DNA of 64,000 bases from the human T2T-CHM13v2.0 reference genome, Homo sapiens. Positions 13,961-25,820 of this stretch are shown here, piece after piece. The stretch lies in the NCBI RefSeq assembly GCF_009914755.1, contig NC_060930.1. The stretch is one strand, 5' to 3'. Within the stretch, counting starts at the first letter, position 1, and each line of letters begins with the position of its first letter. The notes under the pieces were generated by a model. It saw only the letters and a list, made by a program, of their open reading frames with translations. It made no database searches and had not been told where the DNA came from. The position numbers were made by a program, and so were the translations under genes.

Positions 13961-15409
13961 AGAATATAATGTATGTGGGCCATTAAAAATCTAGGAAAGA
14001 ACAAAAGAATATTCAAACTGTCATATTTCCACTTGTATTATTTCAAATGAATTCTCACCATCACCATATGAAGAGGCCTTTATTAGATCATTTTAAGGAT
14101 TAGGAAACCAAAGCACAGAGAAGTAAAATACTGTAGAAAGTGAAGCTGGAATTTGAAACCAGAAATAGTTAATTGAAAAAAATATATGTTTTGTCTTATC
14201 CCGATACAATGTGGTGTCTTTCTGTAAATTATGGATAAAAATAATTAATTTTCTGTGAATAAAGGTAACCTTATATTCTCCCATGATAAGAAATTTGTTT
14301 CAGAGTGAACCAGCCCTAGTGGTTTGTGGCATGAGTATTAAAGGTTTTAGATGGAGTAACGTGTCACTAGCATGAGCAAGGTAGCTGAGAAGTGATAGGA
14401 GTATGTCCAGGACAAGGCAGAAGTTGCCTGGCAGACTCTCTTAATTGGGTTCCAACAGTTCTATAAAAATTTGGGAAGTACAGAACATACAGACAGAGAA
14501 GTCCACTCCCAAGGGCATTGACTAAGGATAAAGATATCACATAGCTGCCACAGTTCTCAGCAGCCTGAGCCTGGAGTCTGAGAATTCAGCATTAACGAGG
14601 CATGTATTTGCAAGCATATCATGATCTATTTGCCTATTATGTATAAACTTGCTTATTTTAAAAAATAATTTAAGTGTTTTAGCTTGCAAAATACAGATAT
14701 AAGAAAAACATTAAAATAAAGATAAACGAATCCATCAAGTAATGAAAGACAGAACATAATTTTATCAGAAACAGTGAGTTGAAGTTGGGCTCTGCAATTG
14801 TGCATCACATTTAACTCTGAGCTTCCTGACAGCCAAGACAGAATTAGTGAATAAGAAACAATTGATATGCCTGAGTCTAGAACACAGGCTGTTGCCATAT
14901 TCCTTTTCCTCATCTCCTGAAACACACAAGAGGATGAGCACAAGTGTCTTCATTATAGGTTGTTCTAGCCTGAGCTGGAAACTGCAGGCAGAACCGCCTG
15001 GGAATCTTTTACAAGGATTGATACTCTGATGGTATCCATCTGTTAGGAAAACGTTTGTATATTGTCTAATATGAATTTATTATTCAGTGAATTAATCAAC
15101 AGGTATTTACTGAACCTCAGCTAAGTGCCAGGAAAAATTCCTCTGTCTTTACAGCACAGAGTCAATATAAAAAGTGGTTGATTGTCTCCCAAGTCATGGG
15201 TATAAATCGGGGGTTTTCAAAGTGTTTTCATTAGATAATTTCTCCTGAAACATGCGCTGCACATACCATACCCAGAAACCCAGCTATGATGTAGCAATGA
15301 GGAAGACAGAGGCCTTTGGCCTCCTGGAGCCTGCATCCTAGTGGTATTTTCATATTCATGCCATGGCAGTCGATAAACAAGAATGATGACATGTTCAGGC
15401 TCTGAAGTG

Positions 15410-15715
15410 GACTTAAACTCAAATCTTAAGTCCTTCTTTTCTATGTGTGTGTCTTTGACCATTAAACAAAACTGATTCAGGCCCCGATTCCTCTTAGTTA
15501 TAAGGGAGATAATTCATAGGGTTATTGTAAGGATCAAATATTATAATGAAACAATTCTGGCCACAAAGTAAGCGTTCAATAAATTTTGTTACAAATTAAG
15601 AAACTGGAATTCAGAAAGGCAAAATGATTGTCTAAAGATATATAGCTAACAAACAATAGAACTTGGATTCATGTCCAGACAGCATGTCCCAAAATCTTGT
15701 GTTTTTCACCATTAT
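15410..15715. mobile_element. Two adjacent MIR fragments in opposite orientation
   Basis: + strand core ATAATTCATAGGGTTATTGTAAGGATCAAAT, then - strand core AAGAAACTGGAATTCAGAAAGG. Confidence 0.55.
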
Positions 15716-15914
15716 GCAATGCAAGACAGGGTCACAGAGAATCTGAGCCAGATCTCAAAGTCTCTGGAATGGCAGGCTAAACAAATGAACTTAGCAATAA
15801 AGAGTCATTGAAGATTTGGAGGGTCATATGTAAAATGACCAAAATGTTATAGGATGATTAATCTTATGGCAATATGAAGAATTGTTGAAAGGACAATTAA
15901 AAATAACAGGGGTT

Positions 15915-16190
15915 GCAAACTATCGCAAGGACAAAAAACCAAACACCGTATGTTCTCACTCATAGGTGGGAATTGAACAATGAGAACACATGGACACAGG
16001 AAGGGGAACATCACACACCGGGGACTGTTGTGGGGTGGGGGGAGGGGGGAGGGATAGCATTAGGAGATATACCTAATGCTAAATGACGAGTTAATGGGTG
16101 CAGCACACCAACATGGCACATGTATACATATGTAAAAAACCTGCACGTTGTGCACATGTACCCTAAAACTTAAAGTATAATAAAATTTAA
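15915..16190 (+). mobile_element. 5'-truncated L1PA3/4-like 3' end
   Basis: L1 3'UTR with G-rich tract and TAAATGACGAGTTAATGGGTGCAGCACACCAACATGG. TSD AAAAATAACAGGGGTT (15899-15914) / AAAAAAAACAGAGGTT (16191-16206) at a TT/AAAA site. Confidence 0.97.
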
Positions 16191-16469
16191 AAAAAAAACA
16201 GAGGTTTAAGTTTGTATCGATTTATATTTCAGTTTTTAACAAAAATGGAAAAAACTTGCTGCCAGAGCTCAAAAAAGGGTCAAGTCATTGACAGATTGAT
16301 TTCAGTGGACCAAGGCCAACCAGAAGGAACTGGGCCCCAGAATCCGACACTCTCAAGTGTGGGACCATCTCTGCAGATCAGAAAGCAGAGGCTAACATGA
16401 CTGGTCAGGACAGCCTACTATGTGGAGGTGGGAAGTAGATGAGCCTTTAGTGATTCTTGTCAACCACAT

Positions 16470-16635
16470 AGCCATCCACTTCATAGACTCTCTTGGGTCT
16501 CACTTCCTTCATCAGTAAAATCAGTATAAAGTTACCTACCTACCTCACAGGATTGCTGTGAGTTTTAAAAATAGTTAATATATGAAAAGTGTTTAGAATA
16601 GTGCCTAGTACATAGTAAGGGCTCAATAAATCTCA
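16470..16635 (+). mobile_element. MIR SINE
   Basis: CTCACTTCCTTCATCAGTAAAAT..CCTACCTCACAGGATTGCTGTGAG..AAAGTGTTTAGAATAGTGCCTAGTACATAGTAAGGGCTCAATAAAT. Confidence 0.85.
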
Positions 16636-17604
16636 ACTCTTTGGATTAAGCTTAAGCTCTTTGGATTTCAGTTTCCACATCTGTCAAAATGGGGACCGTA
16701 TTTTATTTACTCAGTTCTGTCTAAGGTACAAAACAAGTAAGTCCTGTAAAATAAGAAACTAAGGCTAGAGTTCTCCAGTTCTTATAGGAATCCAGAACAA
16801 AAATCTATATATACATTTAATGTGCACATAAAGTGTAAAATTTGTCCTGATTATTAGCTTTGAAGTGTGGTGGGGTGGGGGTGGGGGGAAGAGATCACAA
16901 AACTGGCAAAAGTCATGAGTCACCATTTCTGGAGAGAGAGAAAGGGTAAGATCAGCATCCTGTTGCCACCCACTTAAAATTTCACAAAATGTCCCCCTTT
17001 GATCCCTCTGTCGGAAACCAGTTATTAAGACAATGATTAGGTCAAATAGGAAAACGACTAGAACTCCACTATGTAAAAATGTTTTTGCAAATTAATAACT
17101 AGCAATAATTATAGTCAACTTTATTACATGCTTGGTATGTTCAAGCTCCTATGCTAATTAAACACTTCTTGTGTAATTGGTCAAGAAACCTGCCTTATTC
17201 ATCTTTATGCTCTCAGCATACAGTGTGGTGTTTGGTACATAAGAGACGTTGAGTTAACATTTGTTCAATGCAAACACAATAATGTTATCTACATAAAGAT
17301 GATGTTAAAGACCATCATATTTCCTTAGTATTTTTGAAATGATAATTTCATGTTTATAATTATTATTTATAATCCTATAACTATTTTTGCGTGGGTAGCT
17401 ATAGCTCATGTTTGAGAAAATTGTATTGCTTAAACAATTATAAACAAACACTTTGAAGTGTTACTCAAATTCACATTATTTTATATTCAAGTTCCTTTTG
17501 TATTTTAACCTTAAAAAATCTTTTATCTGAATATGAATATATTCTCTAATCGTCATCTTTATATAGGCTATTAGAATATCCCCCTTTTCCTTAGCTTTAA
17601 TTAT

Positions 17605-17800
17605 CCTTGAGTTTTCTGGGGATCATTTTCATCTCCTTTGTAAATGTAAGTAGAACATTGTATTTTCTTTCCTTTTCATCTCTTGCAGTTCTCTAGATCC
17701 CCACAGTTTTTCAAAAATAACTGTAAATGATGCAGTTAGCATGCTTGCCAGTTTCTTTCATCCCACAGATAGAAGGTATATCATCTGGACCTGCTGATTT
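17605..17800 (-). mobile_element. CR1-clade LINE ORF2 (RT N-terminal) relic
   Basis: Minus strand reads KSAGPDDI, then after frameshifts ELASML..FTVIFEKLWGSREL and ..FTKG..NDPR. This parallels the CR1 motif KSPGPDGIHPRVLKELA..IFEKSW..GEVP..IFKKG..DPGNYRP. Confidence 0.7.
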
Positions 17801-19059
17801 GTAGATATGCCGACTGTCCAAGGACTCACTTAGCCTGCTTTTGTAGATAGCTATTTTTACAAGATCTTCATTACTTCTGATTGCCTAATATTTTTCTTCT
17901 TTTATTCTTTCCAAGGACCAATTTGTAAGATAAGTTCAAGGCCTCAGACATGTTAAAGTTATCATTAATTTCAAGACGCTCCACATTTATGAGCCCATTG
18001 GTCACAGCACTGATTGTGTTCCTACTGTGTTCAGAGCACTGTGCTTACCAAAGCTAAGAACAGTTTGAGGCTTTTCTCTCTGAGAGCTTCTTCCCCTTAT
18101 TACAATTTACGTGCTTCCCTGAACAATTCTGAAGAGTGTTATGAGAAAGCACACCCAATGTTTACACATTTAATTTTTGGTATATTAATGGAATTTTAAA
18201 AGTTATTCTACTTTCCTTTGTGTCACATGTTCACTTGTTTAATATCTTCCAAAATACAATTCATTGATATTTATTAACGTATTCAAATAATGGTGTGCCC
18301 TGATTGGAATAGCACACAAGCAATGGAATTTGAGGGGTAAGTTTGGCTTTATTACTATCCTAGATGCACTATGACATTTATCTAAGCAATAATATAGCCA
18401 ACTCTATTCAGCTAATGGACAATTTTGAAATATTTGCTATGACTATTAATAGCCTAACGGTTTGTAAGATTTGTATTTCACATCGAGCCATTTGGAAATC
18501 ACAGCTAACTACAGAAGCCTGCAGTCAGATATATGCTGTATGTAACTTTCTTACCCAATTAAAGGGAAGCAACAGGTTACTATCCGTCTTAAGTTGAGCA
18601 TTAATGACCTCATTTACAAGGCAAATGGCTAATTTTGGTTAATGCTTGAGTTTCCGTGCCACATTTTTTACTATACTTCGGGATATCTGGAAGAATAAAT
18701 GTTTTGTTTACTTTGTTTTAGTCGTAACCTCAAGTGCTTTCTTTTCTCATATGCACTGCTTTAACTCTGTCCTAATGACATATAATTCCATCACTGGGAA
18801 AAACATTTTAACTCTTCATATAGTGGAGAAACACTGGACCAAATTAACTGAGATAAGTAGTTTTTTTAGGACTTAAAACAAATACAGTTGTTTAATGAAG
18901 CCTTGTTTTAATGTAGGGCTTTGCTTTTCTGGGTCCTTGGATTCAGGCTCCAAGACCATGCCTGAAAATGCAAGTGAGCTTTTCTGTGGCATGGCATGGT
19001 CTCTCCTGTTGGGTAGCAAAGTATTGTTTAATGTAATGCAAATAGCATAGGCTTCCAAC

Positions 19060-19240
19060 TCACAAAGGATGGGTTCAAGTCCCCAGACCTCTACTCTTCA
19101 TTCCTTGAAACTGCACAAGTCACATTATTTCTCTAAGCTTCACTTTCTACATATGTAAAATGCAAAGTGTACCTACTTCATCATCGTTCTGTGAGATCTC
19201 ATGTGGTATCAGATGTATACAGCTTAGTATGGGATCAGGT
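19060..19240 (+). mobile_element. MIR SINE
   Basis: GGGTTCAAGTCCC..CTCTACT..CAAGTCAC..CTCTAAGCTTCACTTTCTACATATGTAAAATG. Confidence 0.75.
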
Positions 19241-19975
19241 ACCTGATCTAATTTAACCAGCTGTTATATTTAAAGAAGCCAGAAACAAGATTATTTCTGG
19301 ACAAACACATATGAAATGAGCCATGTACACATTACCAACATAATTATATACAGTCAGTGTTTTAATGAGATGTCTTTACATATATCTTACTACATTGTAA
19401 AGCATTTTCTTCTCTCCTCCTTCAATTCCTCTCTTTTTCTCTTATGAGTTTTGCAATATGAGAATAACCTTGAAGGCATGATAAACATCAGATTAGTACA
19501 ACATGAAAGACAAGAAAAGGAAAAGACTACTGTTATTCAGTACTTGTCATTTATTTTTTGGTCAGAAGACCAAAAGGTCAGCCTGTGGATTAGCATGTAA
19601 ATTTGTTATTCCCACCAATTAATGAAGGATTCAGATAAATGCAACCAGAATTTATGTTGTAGGGTTAGACCCCTTTTGACTTAAAAATCTTATTTTACTT
19701 ATTTTCCTTGTGTTCCAATCCATGTTGATCTGGCTCAGCATCTAGTCTCTGAACATGCCACATGCTGATGCTTCATTTGAGAATGTGATGTCCTTATTCC
19801 CAGAAACGCTCTCTGGAACCAAGTTCCCTGGCCCCTGCTATTTATCTGTCAGCTCTCAATTTAAGCTTGACTCCTTTAATAATCTGGGCCTCAAGTCCAC
19901 TTAGATATCCCTTTCTCTTTGTTTCTATAGCTCCTATGCTGTAGCACTCTCTGGATCCTTAGGGACAAAAGAGCG

Positions 19976-20120
19976 TCTCTCTCTCTCTCTCTCTCTGTCT
20001 CTGTCACATATATATATATACACATATACATATATATATATATATACACACACACATATGTCATAAATATATATATTTCATAACATATATAGTCATAAAT
20101 ATATGACATATATATATGAC
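19976..20120. repeat. Compound (CT)n-(TA)n-(CA)n microsatellite within an L2 fragment
   Basis: Visible runs. Flanks 19720-19960 and 20120-20185 are L2-like. Confidence 0.9.
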
Positions 20121-20269
20121 ATCACCATGGTGCCTGTTGTACAATAGGTCCTCCGTCAATATCCACTGATTGATAGATGTTTGTTTTCTCTTAACAATGC
20201 TGATGTGATAAATGCAGTGTAACAATGCTGTTAGTTAGAAAACTCATAATAAGCTGAAACCCTGCAAGG

Positions 20270-20465
20270 CAATTTCTATTCCTTATTCCATTTAATCCTG
20301 AAGGCAATTCTACAATAGACACTATTGTACTTATTTTATAGGTGAGACACGAAGACTCAGAAAGGTCAAGTCATTTCCTTAAAGTCATATAGCCAGTAAG
20401 TGGTAGAGTAAAAAAGAAAATCTATATTGGCTCAGCTCTGAAGTCTTGGCTCTTAATCACAAGTA
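20270..20465 (-). mobile_element. MIR SINE
   Basis: ATTTTATAGGTGAGACAC.GAAGACTCAGAAAGGTCAAGTCATTTCCTTAAAGTCATATAGCCAGTAAGTGGTAGAG. Confidence 0.85.
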
Positions 20466-20964
20466 TTGCAGAGGGTTTTCAGTCTTCCTACCTCTACTTC
20501 TCTAAGCTACTTCAATAATAATTTAAAAATCCCTCATATCTCAACCACACAGATTTTAGGCACAGCAATTCAATGGTCTGGTTTAATTCTTTATATTGCT
20601 ACTGAAGTCTATTAGTACACAGCTGTAGATTCTGTAAGCGATGCTACTCTCCCAAGAAGCTTACTTCAGTGTACAGGTGCTCAACCATACCTCTTTGCAG
20701 CTTTGGTCAGAAACCAGAATGTGTTCCAGATTGAGTGCTACCTTGAAGAGTTTCTTCAATCACCCAAAGGCATATTCCCACTAATGCCTTCCATACAAAA
20801 GTGTCTGCCCCCAGAGTCAAGCAGAGTCTAATCAGCTGGAGGTTTTGTTGTTTCATTATTTCAAACTCATCCTCAGTGGCTTTTAATATTATAATTTATT
20901 GCATCAATTTGATCTATGGCCCTGATGTTTAAAGTAATTGTGTTAATTCCCAACTTTTTAAGCT

Positions 20965-21165
20965 GTTACTGTGTGATGGGCATTATGCTAAATGTTCTAC
21001 CTGAATTATCTAATTTAAACTTCATGATTATGTAATACTAGTACTGTAGTCATCTTATGGGGGAAAATGAGGTAACTGGCCCGAGGTTACAAAGCTAAAA
21101 AGTAAAAGACGCAGAATTCGATCACTGTACTGTCTATTGCTAGAGTCTGAACTCCGAATCACTGT
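20965..21165 (-). mobile_element. MIR SINE
   Basis: GGGCATTATGCTAAATGTTCTAC..GAAAATGAGGTAACTGGCCCGAGGTTACAAAGCTA. Confidence 0.7.
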
Positions 21166-23103
21166 ATGTCACCTCCAAACTAGTACCTCATAAAACACGA
21201 CTATTTATGCTGAAAGTGAAAACTATAGCGGTAACTAATAAAAGGGTTAGTGGAATTTCTCAACAGTCATATTTTTAGGGGCAAGCTGTAATCAAATACT
21301 TTGAGTAGAAGAGTAAGATCAAACACCTATATATCTAAAAAATTTAGAAATACGACTACATCCTTTTTGCCAACCTTCTTGCTATCAGTGGATTCTTCCA
21401 GTGTATATTATTTGTCATTAATATACTAACAAGAAATAATTACAGCTGAAAGTAAATAAAGCTTAGAAGTCTGAGCTTTTGCAATCTAAATGCAAGAACA
21501 CTAATGACCCTGTTAACTCGGGAAATGTTGGTAAGTGCCGACAGACCCATTGCTACACTGGGGAGGCAGCCATAGCAGAAATATCTGGGGATCCCAGAAG
21601 GACACAATTGTTATAATCCATTTTCTTTCAAACAGGCCATTTTCTATTTTAAAAGACTCCTTAAAAAATTCCTCACAGTGTGCACCCTGCCCAGTATTAA
21701 GGGCAATTCTTTCTGCATTGTATATTTAATAGTTACATTGTTCAGAGCCCCTCTGCTCAGAAGGCCAGGCAAAGCTCTCCTGGATATCTTAAAGGAGGTC
21801 TCAGCTTTATCTGCATATTCGTTAGAACTCTGACTCTCTCAGGGTATAGAATTGAGTGGGACCCCTCTTGTTTCTATTATTATCCATCTTATTGACAAAT
21901 GCGATGCTCCATCATTTTAGTTTACAGTTACATTGCAGAGACAGAAATGTGTAGAGTATTTCCAAAATGCTAATATGAGCCACATTGCATAAAGATGCAC
22001 TGACAGTGACCCAAGAAAGTGATACAACAAAGGCACATCTGAAATGTCAAATTTTGTCATTTTTTAAAAAGACAATGGTCATCTGTCTCTTATAATTGAA
22101 TTAAATGCTGTATTTGGCTGTTTAAATAAATAGACTAATAAGTATATTTTTTCTCAGTGTTGCTGTCTGTGAGGTACAGTGAATTGCTTTCCTCAAGGAA
22201 TTCCTGTGGGAATCTCACTTCTTTATAAATATGCTTTCTTTACAAAAGTTGGGGGTTCATTGATCTTTAATGTTTTGTAAATTTTTGTTAAAATTTGCAC
22301 TTGAGGAGAGTATTTTTAAAAGGATGTGAAATAATGCATGGAAAACTATGGTTTCTTTTATCATAGATAGATAAATGAGTAGACACATAGATACACTGTT
22401 CTTTCTATTTGGTGTCCTTTTCTCTAATTCTATTTGGTGCCCTTTTCTATAATTCTCTTCATCTGATCAATAGGTTACTAAAGAAATAGAAGGATGTTAC
22501 ATAGGACTTTTAATTGGTCAATTTCTACTTAAAAAAATCTTCAATACTTTTCTAATTCTCCCCTTTCAATCTTCAAGGTTATATCTGCAATTATGCTACA
22601 TTATTGAGGTCATTCAAAATAATATATAGACACCTTAGTATTTTCTATTCTCCATTGATGGCTTGACTGTCCTTTCCCCTGATTTGCTATAACAGAGCTC
22701 CCTTACAAGCATGCTGTGTGTTTATGGCTTCATGCCTGTTTTGCATCGGCAGCTGCTTGCCTCTTAAGCATTCATCCTACTTAGCACATTATATAGTGCT
22801 AGTTGCAAGACTGCCTTACAAATAAATGAAAACATTTAGTGTAAATTCTGAAACAGCAAAAGTAAATCGATCAACACATGTCAGTTGAATTATAAATCTT
22901 TAATATCCAGCCAGTCGCTCCTTTGTCAGGCCTGAACATTGTCTCTGGAGTTCTGTACTTGTTATCCTTATCCTTCCCATGTCTTCCTCTTCTTTCAGGA
23001 GCTAGGAGAATTGGGAAAGTACCTGGATTATCAGCAAGGATGGTGGGAAGGAGGAATATGAGCACACACTGCACAGCAGGATGCTCTTCTCTATCTGTGT
23101 GCC

Positions 23104-23131
23104 TGTGTGTGTATGTGTGTGTGTGTGGGTG
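23104..23131. repeat. (TG)n microsatellite, imperfect
   Basis: Visible TG run. Confidence 0.85.
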
Positions 23132-23389
23132 TTAAAATACCTAAATCATTGTCTGACTATAACAACAATGGCAGATATGGAAACATCAACACAGTGAGGC
23201 AAGGGATCTCTAGTATTGTCCACTTCATGTGATAGTAGCAACATTTTAATCAGGGTCAAGGGAATTTGAATTTATACCTATTCTTTTCACCCAAATCCTT
23301 CATGGGATCCACAAAATCTCTTATCCACTGCTTGAGGAAGAATAAATAGGTGCAGCCAATTTGAATATTTATGTTTTAATGTTGAATAT

Positions 23390-24060
23390 TTGTATTACCT
23401 AGCAATTCCATTCCCAGACATAGCCCAGACTCTTCATAGCAGCTCTATTCACAACAGCAAAAACCTGGAGAAATGTCCTTCAGCTGCTAAGACAATAAAT
23501 AAATTGTGGTCTATTTACACAATAAAATATAAGACCATAGTCACAACAAACCGACTGTAGTGAGAAGCATCAATACGGGTGAATCTTGGCAGTATATTAT
23601 TTTATTTTAACTTGTTTTAAGTTCAGGGGTATAAGTGCTGGTTTGTTATATAGGAAAACTTGTGTCATAGCTTTTTGTTGTACAGATTATTTAATTAGTA
23701 CCCATTAGTTATTTTCCTGATCCTCTCCCTCCTCCCACCCTCTGCCCTCTGAAAGGCCCCAATGTGCGTTGTTCCCCTCTATGTGTCCATGTGTTCTCAT
23801 CAGGCAGCTCCCACTTGTAAGTGAGAACATGCGGTATTCAGCTTTCTGTTCCTGAGTTCATTTGCTAGGAATAATGGCTTGAGTTAAAAAAAAAAAAAAG
23901 ATATTCAAAAGTGGCAGACTACTCTTAAAAAAACTAAAATAAAAAGTATACACTTTTATGATACTAATAAAGATGCAATAAAAATGATACAACATGAAAA
24001 GTTGGGGTGTGACAAATTGGAGATTCAGGAGAATGATTACCTTGGGTAGGGAAACCACAC
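23390..24060 (+). mobile_element. Ancient L1M(E) 3' fragment interrupted by a younger L1
   Basis: CCTAGCAATTCCA..TTCATAGCAGCTCTATTCACAACAGCAAAAACCTGGA..AATAAATTGTGGT. Resumes at GAGTTAAAAAA after 23880. Confidence 0.7.
23597..23880 (-). mobile_element. 5'-truncated L1PA13-16-like 3' end
   Basis: TTTTAAGTTCAGGGGTA..TTGTTGTACAGATTAT..CCTCTCCCTCCTCCCACCCTC..GTGAGAACATGCGGTATT. No clear TSD. Confidence 0.9.
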
Positions 24061-24067
24061 AATTCGA

Positions 24068-24225
24068 TGTATGTTTCAGTTGCTGAGCCTGTGCAGAAAC
24101 ATTACTCCCAAATTTTGTATAATAAAACAGCCATTTATTACACTCATGGTTTCTGTAGGTCAGAAAGTCAGACATGGTGTGGCATGATGGCTGGCCACTT
24201 TTCCATGATGTCTGCCCCAGCTGAT
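24068..24225 (-). mobile_element. MLT1 LTR 3' fragment (MLT1H-like)
   Basis: ATTACTCCCAAATT..AAAACAGCCATTTATTACACTCATGGTTTCTGTAGGTCAGAAA. Confidence 0.7.
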
Positions 24226-24393
24226 AACCAGAATTAACCACCAACTCTGTGAGTGAATGAGGCTTCAGATGATTCCATCCCCTTGATGTTTTCCATCTGA
24301 AGTTGCAAGACAACATGAAGGTTCTTAGGAAGGTGGTGAATATATATATTTTTAATGCAGGAGGGATGTAAATGTGGTCATCAGAGAGTGGAC

Positions 24394-24575
24394 TGTGGCA
24401 GATTTTATTTTCCAAAAATGGTCAAAGCAATGTTTCTTGTCCCATAGGCTCTTCAAAAGTTTATCATTAACATAAAAGCGTGGGGACTATTTTCTTCCTC
24501 TTGAATCTGGTTGAGACTTTTTGACTGCCTGGATGACTACAATGTGGCAGCAGTGTGAATCATGAAAGTTCTCCA
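24394..24575 (+). mobile_element. MLT1H-like LTR 5' fragment
   Basis: TGTGGCAGATTTTATTTTCCAAAAATGG..CCTCTTGAATCTGG..AATGTGGCAG matches the MLT1H start. Confidence 0.8.
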
Positions 24576-24689
24576 GCTTCCAAATGGCTCTGTAGTGGGA
24601 TACTGCCAATCTCTTCAACACTCTTCCAATTTCCACTGCCACTTTTGTAGAATTTTGTTATGGTAGCAACCCACTTTCAGGTAGTGATT

Positions 24690-25241
24690 TCTGTTCCTTA
24701 ATATAACTACATGAAAAATTTCCCCAAAACTTAGTGGTAAAAAATAGTCATTTATGATGATCATAAGACAATTGTCTCTCCCTCATCAGGTCTGATGCCT
24801 CAGCTATAATATTCAAAGACTAGAGGAATATAATCATCTAGTGTTATTCACTGTTATGTCTGAAAATCGGTGCTGTCTGCTGGGAACCTCAGACCCTCTC
24901 CAAGTGGGCCTTTTTATCTATTCCCTCTGAGTGGTCTACTTTGGGCTTCCTCATAGCCTGGAGCTATCCTCTGAGGATGAGCATCATGAAAGATAAAGAG
25001 AGATAGGTTGAGAAACAGGCAGAAGCCATATTATCTCCCATGATCTAGTTCCAGAAGCTAAGCAGTACCACTTACACCTTATTCTCTATTCATCAAGGTA
25101 GTCACAAAGCCCTTCCCGAGTTGAAGGGAAGAGGAAAAAGATTTACCACTTCATGAGGAGGGGAGGAAGACAAGGTTTTCAAAGAGTATGTGGAACTGGA
25201 AATATTATTATGGTCACTTTTGGAAAATACAGTCTGCTACA
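24690..25241 (-). mobile_element. MLT1H-like solo LTR, near full length
   Basis: CCCCAAAACTTAGTGG at the left end and TTTGGAAAATACAGTCTGCTACA at the right end (reverse complement of the MLT1H start). Confidence 0.85.
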
Positions 25242-25594
25242 ATGTATTGCTAAGGCCCTGGATTTTTTTTGAGGAGGGTAGTTCACAGGTGATTATTGCA
25301 TTATGGGAAAAAATTAATTAAGGAAAATAAGGTTATGCATAAACTTAGGATAAAATGGTGACCTAAGCAGTATAATTAATTCAATGTGCAACTGAAGACC
25401 AAAGTGGAGGGAAAATCTTGTTCCCCTTTGAGTGAAGCAGAGTGGTATCATTCAGTCATTAATTCATTCACTGAATAGAACAAAACTCGGTCGAAATCCT
25501 GGTTCTTTACTGTCCTTGTGGAGTCACTTACCTCTCTAACAATAACAACAACAATGACAAATAACAATAATATATTAATAATTATGGCTAATGT

Positions 25595-25820
25595 TAATTG
25601 AATGCCCACTATATGTGCCAGGTGCTCTTCTAAGTGTTCTACATATATTTAGCTTTAAATGTCCCAAATAATCTTACATGTAGATACTCTTATCCTTGCT
25701 TTTCAGATGAGGAAATTGAGATACAGAAAGGTGAAGAAATAATGTCACATAGTAGTGGAGTCAGAATAAAAATGCAGACAGGTAGGTTTTAGACTCCTAT
25801 GCTTTTAATCGCCATGTAAT
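25595..25820 (-). mobile_element. MIR SINE
   Basis: TATGTGCCAGGTGCTCTTCTAAGTG..TTTTCAGATGAGGAAATTGAGATACAGAAAGGTGAAG. Confidence 0.85.
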
